Both the position numbers and the translations under genes were made by a program. A stretch of 62,011 bases of DNA, the filler included, from Sphacelaria rigidula (taxonomy: Eukaryota), in assembly GCA_964200075.2 (NCBI GenBank). It is 5 parts of 5 records of this genome, joined end to end, with 100 filler letters (N's around TTAATTAATTAA, not from the genome) between each part and the next. Parts side by side here need not be neighbours in the genome. Positions count along the whole stretch, not along the records: positions 12,424 to 24,745 come from CAXNAA020003886.1; positions 24,846 to 37,167 come from CAXNAA020003887.1; 3 more parts are not named here. One strand, given 5' to 3'. Positions 13,265 through 26,800 of the stretch are shown piece by piece (position 1 is the first letter of the stretch; every line of letters begins with the position of its first letter). Under the pieces are notes generated by a model. It saw nothing but the letters and a program-made list of their open reading frames with translations, did not search any database and had not been told where the DNA came from.

Positions 13265-13984
13265 TCTTCCGCAAACGCTCAAACCTTCACGTCGTTATTG
13301 GGAGTTAGATCCTGAAACTTTGCACAAGTGTGCTATGTGTCATTACGCAACTTTCTATGGACGATATATTTTGTACTTCTCGAGTTTTTCACCGTTTTTC
13401 GGGGGTCCGACGGAATCTAAGTGGTCTTTCGAAGTAGTCTCCATTCTGGGACCCCAGAAAACCGACCCTACGATATTTTTTTCATTCCTCCGTGAACGAG
13501 CTGTTGCCGCATAACCCAAGAAAAGGCCCTATAAAGTTTCATCGCAAAACTCAATCAACTGATGCTTGAATTTTCATTTTCACGTCAACAAAAACGCCGT
13601 TTTCGTAATAGAATCAACAAGTTTGCGGTTTCACCGCGGCACGTCAAAGTTCATCGCACAAAAGCGATAAGCCTCACACCGTTTTAAGGAGTTAGACCCT
13701 GAAATTTTGCACAACTGTGCTATGGATCATTACACAAATTTGGATGAACGAAGTTTTTCTAGTTTTCTTTTCTTTACCGTTCCACGGGGATCTGATTGGA
13801 TCGATGTTTCCCGGAAAAACTGGGGCCCCAGAAAAACGGTGACAAAAGTGGGAAAAAATCGCAAAACCTCGACCTTCACACGTTGCGTAATGCCCCACGA
13901 ACATCTGTGCAAAATTTGAGGGTCTAACTCCTTAAAACGGCGTGAGGTTTTGCCGATCAGTGTTTTTTGGGTGATAAGCCTTAA
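13265..13984. mobile_element. Non-autonomous DNA transposon end, possibly Kolobok-like
   Basis: Motif GGAGTTAGAYCCTGAAA..TTTGCACA in direct copies (~13300, ~13690) and an inverted copy (~13905-13945). Ends GATAAGCC followed by TTAA at 13981. The other terminus was not identified. Confidence 0.35.
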
Positions 13985-15229
13985 CCAGCCTGTATGTACT
14001 GTATACTCGTGCTGTACATCGGTCGTTGATGACGGAGGATAACACCGTCTTTTGCATGGGTAGGTGAAGAAAATCTCGAATCCACACGCCCTTTTCATCA
14101 TGTCGGCCGTCCAGGGGGGGGCATATTAGCTCCTGTATATAGCTATTTCTACACTTATTCGTATACAAATTGAGTCTCTTGATCTGCGATATTTTATCTG
14201 ACGTACAAAGCGTTACTTGGAGTAAATGTAGGTGAACCAAGTCACTTAATCCCGGAAGGGCTGACGCAGGTCACTTGAACTGAGACTTGGGGAGAGAAGT
14301 TACTTGAACTGAGAAGACCGTAAGCCAGGTCACCTGATCTTGGACTAGCTAAGGGAAGTCAGGATAGCACGGTACTGCGGATGATGTGTATACGGTATAA
14401 CACAGCACAGCACGGCACATTCCCTCGCAGATCACACAGGCACGCAGAACACGTTTGCTTGAGTGAAAGACTTGGCAACAACACCGAAATGCAAAGCTGA
14501 GGCAGGTTAGGTTATCTACACTTTGGGTAGGCAAAGTAACTAGACCTGAGTGTAAGGGAACCAAGCCTCTTGATCGTACAGTTGGTGAGGCAAGTTACTT
14601 GGACCGAGTACAGCTGCTGCGTCGAAACAGACTCTGTTTGAAATTCATAAGTTTGAAAATCGGCGAGACTCTCTCCCCCGCGGACGAGCGCGCACGGCGC
14701 GAGCACACAATCGAACCCCATGACCTACCTCTCTAGTACAACCATAGGTGTCATATTGCACTGCAATGCATCACACTCCAACGATCACAGCGCATTATAC
14801 CTTGTCGCGATCGATAGAGCCACCAAGAGAAGCTGTTACCTCGTCGAACACGCCCTCCAACAGGACGTGTTGTCGGGAAGGAAATGAAATTTTGGTCCGC
14901 AAGCGGCGGGGGCGGGGGCGGGGGAAGTATGCATCTGGATTTTTTTGTACTTACCCCTGTCCGTTGATTGGTTTGTACTCTTGACTGTGTGCAGCAGCAG
15001 CACTCTGTACTCCAGAAGGACCCCGCTTGTATGAAGACCTTGAATGAGGTACTCCACACACATCGGACAGCTCATGGCCTAACTCAAATAAGTAATCCAA
15101 GAAGATTCTCAGATCACTTGTCCAGCAACACAACGTACGTAACAGCAGGGTGTGAGAAGCCACAGCGCTACCTTTGTGCTTCGCCGCGTGCTCAGTGTCC
15201 AGTGCTGTAGGGAGAAAATTTCACGGTTC

Positions 15230-17560
15230 GGACGAATCAGAGTGCATACAGGTTGACTCCCCATGAATATTGAATGCGAATCATGTACCAAAGAGTCATG
15301 CGGTATGAAGCACGGATGGTAATGTCGTATATTAAAGGTCATACCGCACGAGTCACCAACTGGGAATGTGTACACTCCAAGTAGGATCAGACGAACTAAT
15401 AGTTGAGAATATATATGTACGGATCACAATTCCTGTACGAGTCATGGATGGAAAGCATGTACGTATGATTCGTGTTGCATGAACGAAGATCGGGAAAAAA
15501 TTACGCGTGATTTATCTCGAATGGATGTAATGCGGAGAACATGTACGTATGATTCACCTCGTACAAGTGGAAGGTGCAGAGCGTGTACCTACGATTCATG
15601 CCCCATGGATGAAAGAGGGGATACATGTACGCTTGATTCACCTCGAATGAATGGAAGTTGCGGAACATGTAGCTATAATTCATGTTGTGTGATTCAAGGA
15701 AAAGAAACATCCAGAAGATTCATTATACGCGCGCAGATGCGTGCTGTGCCATGCTGTACCGTACTGTCCGCGGACTGCAGAGTACGCTGCCGAAGTTTTC
15801 TTGGAAAACCCTCGCGAGCATCCAAGCACGATGCTTACTGATGCAGTGTTGTTCTCAAGTGTTTGTGGTATTGTATACGGAATGCCCAGGTCAACTGTAC
15901 CGCAGAACACAGCATTGATTGATTGATCAATTGTCGCACTCTAACTGACCACCCATGGGTCCAGCCGTGGTTGAAACCACGAAGGCTGTCAACAGCATGG
16001 CTCGAGGAAAAGACCTATGGTTGATGTGTTACGTGAGTACAAAATTTGAAATTGTGTTTATTACGGATGGCGATCAAGAGGTTCGCGACCTGTACGCTCT
16101 TACTCTCCTACCCTCAATCGCAAAAGGGCCTTCCCACCGAAGAGTCGCGCCCCATGAAATGACATGTGGGAAACAACATGTTCACATAATTTCCATCATA
16201 CGAGCTGGGCCAGCCAAGAGTAGGTGCGAACCTCGCTCAGGCGACGCACGGCAAGATATTAGGAGTTGGACGCTAAAATTTTGACAGTAGCTTTTTATGA
16301 TCGAAATGTAAAAGATCACGTGAGCAGCAAAGAGAAAAATAAAAAATAAGGAAGTTATAGGGGTTCGAAATAAAAAACAACAACTAGATAATGCCATAAG
16401 TCCAGGATAAAAAGGAAAATCTGCAGCTGGAATCGTGAAGTATCAGTTCCTTGGGTGCAGAAAGTCTTCCTGAACTTTCAGCTCAAGACTCGTCGAATTG
16501 GGGCACGCGTTCAACAGTTTCCGTGACGCTGCTGCACCCCACGAATACCCAGTGCGGGGTGATTGCTGAGGTAAACCCGCCGAATTGAAAAAGAAAACGC
16601 ACTCCGACACGCTATCGCTCAACGATATCAGACCCACCCTGTACTCTATGCAGTACAATAACGTCATCGGCAATATGACGCCAATCGAACAGCGACGCAG
16701 TCCTTTGTCAACAGGTGGGTCAGCAGTTCACAGTGATATCCTCACATCGGGTTTATTCGGGAAACTGGGGAAGCTGCGGTGTGAGCAACTTTTAGCAGCT
16801 TTTAAACTGGCCCAGCTCGTATGAACAGAAGGTAGGGAACATGTACGTATGATTCACTCTGCATAAATGAAGAATGGGAAACATGTACACTTGATCCATC
16901 TCGTATGAATAGACCGTAGGGAACATGTACGCTTGATTCACCGTGTATGAATCGAAGGGGGGAAACGTGTTCGTACGATTCATGCTGGCATGTACGGAAA
17001 TGGGGAATCATGTACGCTTAATCCAACTCGTATGAACGGAAGGTGGGAAACGTTTGCTTATAATTCATCCGGAATAAATTGAAAGTAGGAAAGACGTATC
17101 TATGGTTCATACCGTATGAATGGAAGGTAGGAAACGTGTACCTTCGACGGTGTATCGCACGAATCACGCACTGGGAATGTGTACACTCAACGCAGTGTCG
17201 TACGAATCACGAACCCAGAACATGTGCAAAACACAACTTGTGTACGAATCGCATGATTGATCCGTCCGAATGTTGAACATGAGTCGAATCACGATTTCAT
17301 TCGTCCAAACTGTGGAGAATTTGGGAAAAGGGCCCAGAGGAGCTAGTTCATGATCCGGATCAACACTCTCATAAGAAGTTGTTTTCAGGTACAGTAGCTC
17401 ATGAGCTGTCCGACGTGTGGATATTTCCACGCGGTTAGGACAAATCATCACAATTCGACGATTGATACGATATGCGGATCGCGGCCCAACTCGTCTGCGT
17501 CGAAGAGATATTGCTTTTAGAGCTTAAATCCGTTTTTAGGCTGGCCCAGCTCGTACAGCA
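15230..17560. repeat. Arrays of degenerate ACATGTACGYATGATTCA units with GGCCCAGCTCGTA boundary motifs (likely DNA-transposon subterminal repeats)
   Basis: Arrays at ~15400-15680 and ~16810-17290. The GGCCCAGCTCGTA motif occurs at ~16200 (inverted), 16809, 17543, ~50343 (inverted) and ~51632. Confidence 0.55.
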
Positions 17561-17828
17561 AAGAGGTACGTTGTGCGCGACGAAAAACTGATACGCCAAC
17601 GAGTGTATTTTGGACACATGTATGGACATACTGTTGAGGCACCCAGCAACGGTAGTGTTTCCGCAGGTATGGAGGCCAGCAGGTCCCGTCTCGAAAACAC
17701 TTGTCTTACCCGTTCTGCACGCATCTCCCGTCAACCTCGCGCCATACGGCTTCTATACTCAGGAGTGTGAAGAGGGCGGACGGCACGGTCACACCGCCCG
17801 CACTGGATACTACCGCCATAGCGACAAG

Positions 17829-20800
17829 ATGAAGGGCTTCGATGTCACAACTCCATTACTACCGGCTGGCAACGACGACTGCGATTGCGATGGTTCTTCT
17901 ACGCCGATTGGTACAGAGCGACAAACACGCAAAACGCGAGTAGAGCGGGACGTCGAAGAGAATCGAGGACGCGGTTGTTATTCTCTTCACGCTGTCCTTG
18001 GCCAGGGATCATTTGGTCGCATACACTTGGCATCCTGGAGGGGATTTGAGGACGCGAACGGGGGGGTCGTTGATGGTACGCCAACGCCTCGATTCCACGA
18101 TGTGATAACTTCTTCTTCTTCTCGACCACTTAACCACCACACTAATCGTAACCGCAACGGTTCCTCTACCGATGGAAACTCGACATTAGGCAGCTTGTTG
18201 TCTGGTCGAAGACGACGCCAACGGCAGCCATCCCCGACGCGAACATGGAATTTGAGGATTCCCCTGTCGCCATCGACGTTTGTGAGGCCGCATGTTGGCG
18301 GGGACGAACCAGCGGAAAGCGACAGTTCTCGTAGTGCGGGGGAGGGACGTGGGGAAAGGGTAGGGTCGGTCGATGGTAGCTGGAAGGATTCGGGCGGCGG
18401 GGAGTCGATTCGACTCCGAGCAGTCAAGAGCGTCTGCAAACGCAAGATTACAGAGAAGGGATTGATACACCACATGGAAACGGTAAGAGATGAGGGCAAG
18501 CACCCCGTGGCGAACCGTGATTGTCGACTGTTGCCTGGGCGATGACGTCGTATATTAAAAGCAGTGCGACTGGAAGTTGGCGATTGCGTCACTACGTAGC
18601 ATCTGAACTGTCGGCGATTTTCGGGGAAGGGTTGATGAAAGCCAGGCTGTTGAAGATATACGACGTTTTTTTATCGTGTAGAGTGTAGAAAGAGGTACGT
18701 GCTTTGTTGTGCTTGAAGTTGGCTACAATTTTGTGGGTTTTTCCTTCCCCTCTTCCACCCCTCTAAGGGTAGGCATCGGTTGGCAGCGACGCTGTAAAAC
18801 ACGCCCCTCACTTCGTAAGCTAGGCAACCTGGTTACCGCTGTTTTATTCGCTTGCCTTTTTTTTGCGGTAACCATGATGCTGGTCGAGCTAAATCATATT
18901 GTGCGTGGTGGAGGATCTCAACTCCGCGCAAAATGGATGATCATACTACGTGGTGTTGAAATGTTGAGACACCCATGAGGTAGAGTGTGACCCGTGGCTG
19001 TCTGTGGAAGTGACCATACCAGAAAATGAAGCAGCTCATTGGAGGCTGTCATCCAAATGCAAGATAATCAGTACGCGTCGGGCCGAACAATATTAGTAGG
19101 ATGCAGCTCACCCGTCATGCGACTCGCCGAACACATAACGGCGCTTCGCGCTTGATGATTGCGAGCTCAGTCTGGCGAAAACCGGGCGTGCTCCGTCCCG
19201 ACTTTGTAGGGATGCGAGGTCAATGGTCATATGACTACTACATGCAAGATCACGAGTACACCCCCCTCTTCCTCCTCGGCCACGCAGTTTGTGTGTGAAG
19301 GAAGGCCTCTCGGATCGAGTGTGGACCGCGTTGTTGCGCTTTTCACCAAATGAATGATGAGTGCGTAAGCATTCAGACAGCTCATAGCTCACAACCATTT
19401 TCAACTCACTGCACCCGTCTCAGCAGTCGTTGTCGGTTTCACATGCACACACCCCCACAGGAGCTGGAAGTGCTAAAGAGATGCGATCACCCTAATATTG
19501 TGTCGCTGTGTCCTGGCGGGCACTTTCAAACGTCTGGCCATCTACACTTAGTTCTCGACTACTGTCCCGGTGGAGATCTTTTCTCTCTCCTGGAGCGAGA
19601 GGGGCGGCTGGGCGAAGCACGTGCCAGGTAGGTCTCGTCCGCCGACACCCATATCACGATCAGTATTGTTGACATTGATGGGCTGCGTGTTGTGTAGTCG
19701 TTGCGCAATTTGTGGTGACAGTGTCCAGAAATGCACCAGGCGTCATCTCCCGAGAGAGATATCTCACGACTCCGCTCCGGCCGTGTATGACGTACGTTCC
19801 TCCAAGGGTATGCGCGGCTCAGCTGTCCCTAGCGCTGCGTCACCTGCACAGCAGACACATCGCCTACCGTGACCTCAAGCCGGAGAATGTGTGTCTCGAT
19901 TCCAAAGGTGCGTTCAACACTGTAGTAAAGAATTGTGACAACCATGCCGTCCCCGTTGTTGTTGTGGCATTCCTGTTGCAGTGCGACATGTGCTCCTGCT
20001 GTGATGGGCATACGGATGAATGTGGATAACGTTGGCAAGAACGTGATGAACGTGCGTTACCGCAGACTGGAATCAGAAATGCCGTGTTTATTGCATGCGC
20101 GGATACCATATCGCCCTGTCGAATCCTGTGGGCTATGGTGAAAACGATGGTAGAGTGAAGGCAGAAGTACACTGCTCTTTCATGCACACACTGATGCCTC
20201 CCGTCGAAATTGTGCACTATCCTGACAACGATGTAGGTCGCGTCGTTCTGGTGGACTTCTCCTTGGCAAAGACGGGGCTCAACCGCCTTCCGGGTGGCAA
20301 GTGTTTCACTTTTTGTGGAAGCGCTGCGTATGTCGCCCCGGAAATGCTGTCGAGAACGTGAGTGTTCAAATTTTTGCCCTCAAGGTATCCTTTGTCTTCA
20401 CCTTTCCGCTCAGTACTTTCCCTCAACGTCTACTTCTTCAAGCATTTATTGGCCTGCCTACTCCGTGTCGGGCTTGTTTTCCCTCTGCTATACCGTTTAT
20501 ATACAGTACAGTAATGTCAATACAGTAGAGACATGGGGGCGGAGTTTGGCTCATGGTTACTTTCGTTTCCCGGCGGTCATGATTTTGTATTCTGACAAGT
20601 ATCGATTATAGGTGGTTGCCGCTCACCAGGGTACCAATGTCAGTTCCATTACTGCCAACATTTTTGCGTATATGTCGGGGAGAAACGCGGTGCTTGTTTA
20701 CCTACTAGCTCGCAGGGTTGTCACTGACCGCTGCCGCACTCATTGTTCCACCTTTCCGTCGTTCTCGGTATATGAAACCGACGTTATGACTCCTCATCAG

Positions 20801-23127
20801 CGGACATGATACGAGGGTCGACCTCTGGTCGTTGGGCTGTGTTATGTTCGAGGTAATGGTCGGAGTCCACCCTTTTAGGCGACTGCGTGGAGAAAAGTCG
20901 GACAGACAGGCCATGTTTGCGAAGATCATGGAAGGGCGCCCAAGCTACCCGTCCTTTCTTTCGGTGAGAGCCGACAATCCATGGGAACGAGGCGGCCAGC
21001 CAGCGGGATATGCAACAATAGCTGACCACACCCGTTCGCTTGCCGTATCCATTTTTTCAAGTTGAGGACACGAGCACGTGCTCTTTTTCAAGAGTTGCGA
21101 CGGCCTTCCCTCGCCTGACTGCGTTGTCGTTCTTGTCCCCAAACCTTGCTGAGAACTATCAACTGCCGCATAGCGTAGCGAGTTCACGCTGTTGGATCCC
21201 GACTGTGGTGTTCCCCTCCCTGTGCCAGTGATACTTGAGGATCGCTGGATCTTTACCTCTTGCTTTTCGCGTTTTTTGCTGACGTTGTTGTGCCTGTCCC
21301 GACAGGCCTCTGCCCTTTCCCTGCTGCAGGGCCTGTTCGCTGTGAACCCTGACGACCGACTTGGCTTTTCATTGCCTTGCTCGTCGCCGCCGCAAGTATC
21401 AGCTACCTCCCGAAATACTGCCGAGGCTCCTCAGGACCATGTCAGATCCACCGACAACCCGGACACGAGTCTAAAAGACGAACCTTCGACGGACAATTTC
21501 GCGACACCGGCCACCTCCACGGACCTTCCTTTTCCCGGCATGTGTAGCTCGGGATTGCCGCCCTCGTTTCCTGCGCGCGACCAAATTTCTCCTCTTGGCG
21601 TAGTTGCGGAGTCAAGACGACCAGTCGGAGAAGAACGCGACAGTAATCAGGGTGATGGAGACCCTTTTGGCGAACGGATCTTGGAACGATCGGAGCATGT
21701 TCGACGACACAAAGCTGGTGATGTTGTCGGTGGATCTGAGGGTGTCGCTGGAGAGCAGTCCTTGGGCAGTGTCACCAATAGGTCACTTAGCTCGCTTTCT
21801 GCCGCTGCCATGGGTGAAAGTGGGGATATTGAAGGAACCGGAGAACGTGTGTCAGAACACGGAGAACGGTCCTCACCACGATCCGCGAGCGACCCACAAA
21901 ACGACGCCAGAGCACCGACCGCCACCACCACTGCTGCCACCCCTGTTTCCAGGCCAGCGTTGCTAGTCGGTAGTGACTCAGGTGATGAGCGACCCGTGAT
22001 GCTGAAACAGCGATCTAGCCCAGCGTTGGATGCACGGGTGGGACAGCAAGTGGCAGAGCGTGCTCGACGTGCAAGGAGCGGAAGCTGGGGAGGAAAGGAG
22101 GGGGATTCAGACGCAAGGGAGAAGTCTGCTGCGCGGAAAGCTGTGGCGCGACCACTGTTGTTGGGGCATCCGTTTTTCTGGGGATTGCCGGGATGGGGAG
22201 GGCCGGGGAAGGGTGGGGTGTGGGAAGAATCGAAAATTGTAGCCTGCAGTTTCATGAGTCCGGAACTGGATCATGTGCTGGACCTGCACAACTTCGATCC
22301 AAAGTAAGTCTGTTGTTTAGTTCTTGTGTTGCGTGATATCACGCAGTGTCTGCAATGTCTGCAATGCTCTTTCTTGCGTGACGTTGATGTTAAATACTGC
22401 CTGGTGCCGATAACCAGCTGTGCCCGCGGCTGGTTGGTGCGTTCGTTGCGTATTGTGATCTATTGTGATGTCACTTGCTCAATTTATTCCGTGGCGGAAG
22501 TCATGAGGGGACGTGTGTACCTCGCTGGGGTCGAGTACCTCGCGTGTGTTGAATACGGAAGTACGAATAACGAATAGCCATGTATGTCGAGTTTTCCGAA
22601 CGTGATGGTGGTATCGTTCCTCCCTTGATGCTTGAATCAACATGCAAAGTGTCTTGATGCTGCCAACAAGTCTTTGCCGAGCAGGAATTCTCGGTCCGTC
22701 TACACGTGACCGTTTTTGCGCGCACAATCCTTGCTGCTTCCTGCTTAATGCAGAATCAGTACGAGACCCAACGTTGGCGTGTAGTACTCGTAACTGAAGT
22801 CTTGGGACTACTTGACCGTGTTTTGGTAGTTGCGGTTTCATGATGTTCCGGAAATGCGCCAGCAAGCTTAATCTCTATGTACTTTCTCTCGACCATCGCC
22901 TCAGCCTTTCATCTTGGCAACACTCACGGTGCATTTTTTTTCATGGCAGGTTCACCACACAAAGGGCTCAACTTACGCTTCAAGGACATCCCCACAAAGG
23001 CGGCCCAACCCCAGCTTTCGAAGGTTTCGATTGGCGCCCAGACGATGTGATCGAGCTCGCGCAACTGGAGGAGCGCGGAAAGAGCCATGGCTTCTTGGAA
23101 AGTATGACATCAGTGCTTTGGTGCTGA
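17829..23127 (+). CDS. AGC-family Ser/Thr protein kinase; exons 17829-18482, 19461-19627, 19807-19907, 20237-20357, 20801-20963, 21306-22303, 22950-23127
   Basis: All introns are GT-AG and phase-compatible. Motifs LGQGSFGRI, RAVK, ELEVLKRCDHPNIV, LVLDYCPGGDLF, YRDLKPEN, DFSLAK, TFCGSAAYVAPE, VDLWSLG, NPDDRLG, HPFF, NFDPKFT, FEGFDW. The start codon is uncertain because the frame is open from 17610. Confidence 0.92.
18865..19267 (+). mobile_element. Dispersed ~400-bp repeat ending GAGTACACCCCCC (in kinase intron 1)
   Basis: Reverse-strand homologues at ~24918-25325 and ~25597-25890; end fragments at ~49690-49750, ~49810-49874 and ~32905-32990. Confidence 0.75.
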
Positions 23128-23827
23128 ACTTGAGCTTGTTGTCGCTGTAATGTTCTCTCTTCCTTCACGCTGCCGTTTGTAAAACAAAATGCCCCTGTGT
23201 GCATATTTTCAGTCGTGAGTCCTCTGCACGCTGTACAACCGTACATGTGTTTTGAATGCGGGTTTGGAAACCTCCTGGGTATTTGTTGTATAGAAGACTA
23301 GTTCTATTTCGACCACGTTTGGGAGACTACCCACTCCGGGGATGAATCTCACCCGTGGCGGCGCTTGTTGAGGGCAGGAGGGAGTTGTCGAGTAGATTGT
23401 CAACTTTTCCATTCGCACTTCATCGATACAGGTCGGTCCCACAACTTGAAGACAAGAAATGGTGTCGACGATCTCTGACGCAAGGGTTTGAGAGATGAAA
23501 CTTGAAATTTTGAGGAGTGGCGCGCATCGACCATTTGAAGGATGTTATTCCTGTAGTTTTTTGGGGGGGGTTGGAGTCAGGACCATTTGGCTGGTATTCC
23601 GAGATAACACTTGCCCTTGTGCTCCGGTATTGTACGAAAAAAATGCAGTAACGATGGCGTTCAAATGCTCAGCGCGCACCTCTCCTCAAGATATCAGGCA
23701 GGACCTTAATTTTTAAACCTCGCGTCAAGATATGTGCCAAGATATGTGCATTTCGGAAGGCTCGGAAATCCTGCGTATTTCCCCAAGCATTTGCTGTATC
23801 GGGTATACCTTTCGAACTGTGACTTAC

Positions 23828-26800
23828 GTGTATGTCGAAACAGGTGTATTATTGTTTTAGTCTTGGAGTCGGCAAGTTCAGGACAGTCGAGCATGAACTC
23901 GGTGATGTCGATATTTTGTATCAATCCGTCCCTTAACTGCCGCCACCAGGCGCATAGGGTATGGTGTGTAGGACGGTTTGGTGTGAGGTAATGACAGTTA
24001 CCGAATGATCCATCAAGCCGCCCAGCGCACTCCGGGGCGGTAGTACAGTAGCAGAGAACTTGTTTTTTGTGAAACGTCATTTATACTGATTATCGGGCTG
24101 CTTGGCCCAGAGACACTTACCTCAAGTGGAGACCAGTCTGTAGCAACATGGCTGGCTTCCTCTTTTTTTTTTCAGTAACACTTGGAGACGTGAAAAGTGT
24201 TGTCTGTGCCCGGAGAGGAAAGAATATACACCCGTTACTTTTTTTTCTTGGAGGGGTCGTTTTCAACGAAGAAATCAACCAAGGAACAGTCATGGGGTAC
24301 GCGAAATATCGAGTAGATAGTGCAAGGGTACAGGGCGCAGCAATTTCATTTCATGTTCGGTTTGTTTTGTCGTGTAAAATGAAGGTATTGTATATATATA
24401 GTGTATGGTATCTGCTCGCTACGAGCATGGAGTTCTTGCGTCTGTACATCTGGTCATGTGTTGGGAAGATCTGTTGGATTGTAAACCCGGCCGAGCATGT
24501 ATGTGCACATGGGAAACATTGATATTTCTACTTTGTCCGTTCTTGTGAGGTAGACGGTGCCCTCGTCAAAGAGGTCGCCAAGGGTATACGCATGGATCAA
24601 GGTCGCATCCTGCTGTGGGTTTGCTGAGATCCGTCTCGTTTCCGGGCGTGCGGGCTGGGTGGGAGTGGACATAGTCGACAGTGTGTGTGTGTGTGTCTTG
24701 TCGTCCCATTTATTCTGGGCACCAGTCTACACCTTTCGGTGTATGNNNNNNNNNNNNNNNNNNNNNNNNNNNNNNNNNNNNNNNNNNNNTTAATTAATTA
24801 ANNNNNNNNNNNNNNNNNNNNNNNNNNNNNNNNNNNNNNNNNNNNGAGTGGGGGGGCCGCCCGTCCCGTGCGCGGGCGGCGGTGCCGGGGCGCGGTGGGG
24901 GGGGGGGGGGGGGGGGGGACTCATGCTTCTGCATGCCGTAGTCATGAGACCATTGACCTCGCATCCCTACAAAGCCGGAACGAAGCACGCCGGGTTTCCG
25001 CCGGACCAGGTCCGCAATCCCCAACCGCGGAGCGCCGTGACTTGTGCGGCGAGTCGCAGGAACGGTGAGCTGCATCTTATCAAGAATTTCCCGCCCGAAC
25101 CGTACCAATTGCCTTGCACTTGGATGATAGCATCTGACGAGTTGCTTCATTTTTCGGCATCGCAGCTTCCAGAGAAAGCAACAGATTACACTGCCTCATG
25201 GGCGTCTTCCCGTTTCAACACCACGTAGTACGACCATCCCCTCTGCGCGGAGTTGAGGTAGTTGAGGTTCTGCATTGCGCACAATATGATCTAACTCCAT
25301 CTCCATCATGGTTACCGCAAAAAAAACATGGGCAGGATATAGGAGAAGACGGGAGGGAAGGGACAAAAACAGAGGAGAGGGGAGGAGAGCAATCTACGGC
25401 AACAACAACAAAAGGGAGAGAGGGGGGGGGGGGGGGGGGGCACTGACAAACCCCGACCCCGAGGCAGAAAGGTATTTGCCCCCACCGCCCAACGAAATGG
25501 GGNNNNNNNNNNGGGGCGAAGAAGAAGAGAGGAGATGGAGGGGAGAGGAGAGGGGGGGGGGGGGGGGGTGGGGGGGGGGGTGGGGGGGGGGGGGGCACTC
25601 ATGATCTCGCATCCCGTAGTCATAAGACTATTGACCTCGAATCCCTACAAATTAGGGACGGAGCACGCCGGGTTTTCGCGGACCAGGCCCGCAATCCTCA
25701 AGCGCGAAGCGCCGTGAGGTGTTCGGCGAATCGTATGAAGGGTGAGCTGTATCCTGCTAATATTGTTGGGCCCGAAGCCTACTGAATATCGTGCTTATGG
25801 ATGATAGCCTACAATGAGTCGCTTCATTTTCTGGGATCGCCACTTCAAGAGACAGCCACGGGTTAAACACTACCTCATGGGTGTCTCACCATGAAAAAAA
25901 CAGGGGGGCGGGGGGGGCAACCACCCAAACAGACCCAAATACTACAACACATCTCCAGTGCTTGAGCACACCCAATGTGTCGACATCCCCGAACACCCTA
26001 CTTTATATCCTCCCGTACCCGTAACACCTTCGATAGCTCCTGACCAGGGGTAATATACATCGTTACCCACGGAAGCAGAGTGATCCAACTTCGGATATCT
26101 CGAAATCAGTAGGCATAAACTATTCCAAAGTTCACGGTTGTGCTGCCTGCCTCCGTATTACCATCATTCTGTCGAGTACCCCCCCCCCCCCCCCGCGCGC
26201 CTTCCTACCCCACCATGACTCCTTTCCTGGGATCAACCCATATCCCCACGGAAACGCCTTTGTCGGAAGAAACCACTCACCTGCCGCATGAGGTAGTTGA
26301 GGTCGCTGTACGTGCCGAGATTAGCAAGGCCCATGCGCATGGCTTCGTAGCTTATTGTGCCGCTTCCGTTTGTGTCGAGGATGTTGAACTGCCGGCATAT
26401 GGTTACCACCCACCCAACCACCATCATGCACGGGCAAAAAAAATAGACAGAGTATGATGGATTCAGAGCACTGAAGCATCGCAGGAGCAGTTGCGAGATG
26501 TCGACCTGGTGGGGAGGAAATGGAGCTCCACCAACATGGGCGAAGAAACGAACGCATGACCGTGATTATCACCGTCAACACCAAAAATAGATGTGGAGGA
26601 TGTTGAGTGGGCCGAGTCAACACCACATCAACACATACCGCATACGGACACACGTCGTAGTTCTGTAGCGAAGCAAAAAGAAATTTTCATAAAAAAAAAT
26701 GAAAATAAAAACGCCGGGAATCGAACTACACGATATGCCCACCACCACACGACCCTGGGTATACTAGATGAATACAATAGCATAACACCCTGGACAAGAG

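Noticed and set aside
25225-25269. Apparent minus-strand exon NLNYLNSAQRGWSYY
   Set aside because: It lies within the dispersed repeat homologous to 18865-18960, so the splice-like signals are repeat-derived.
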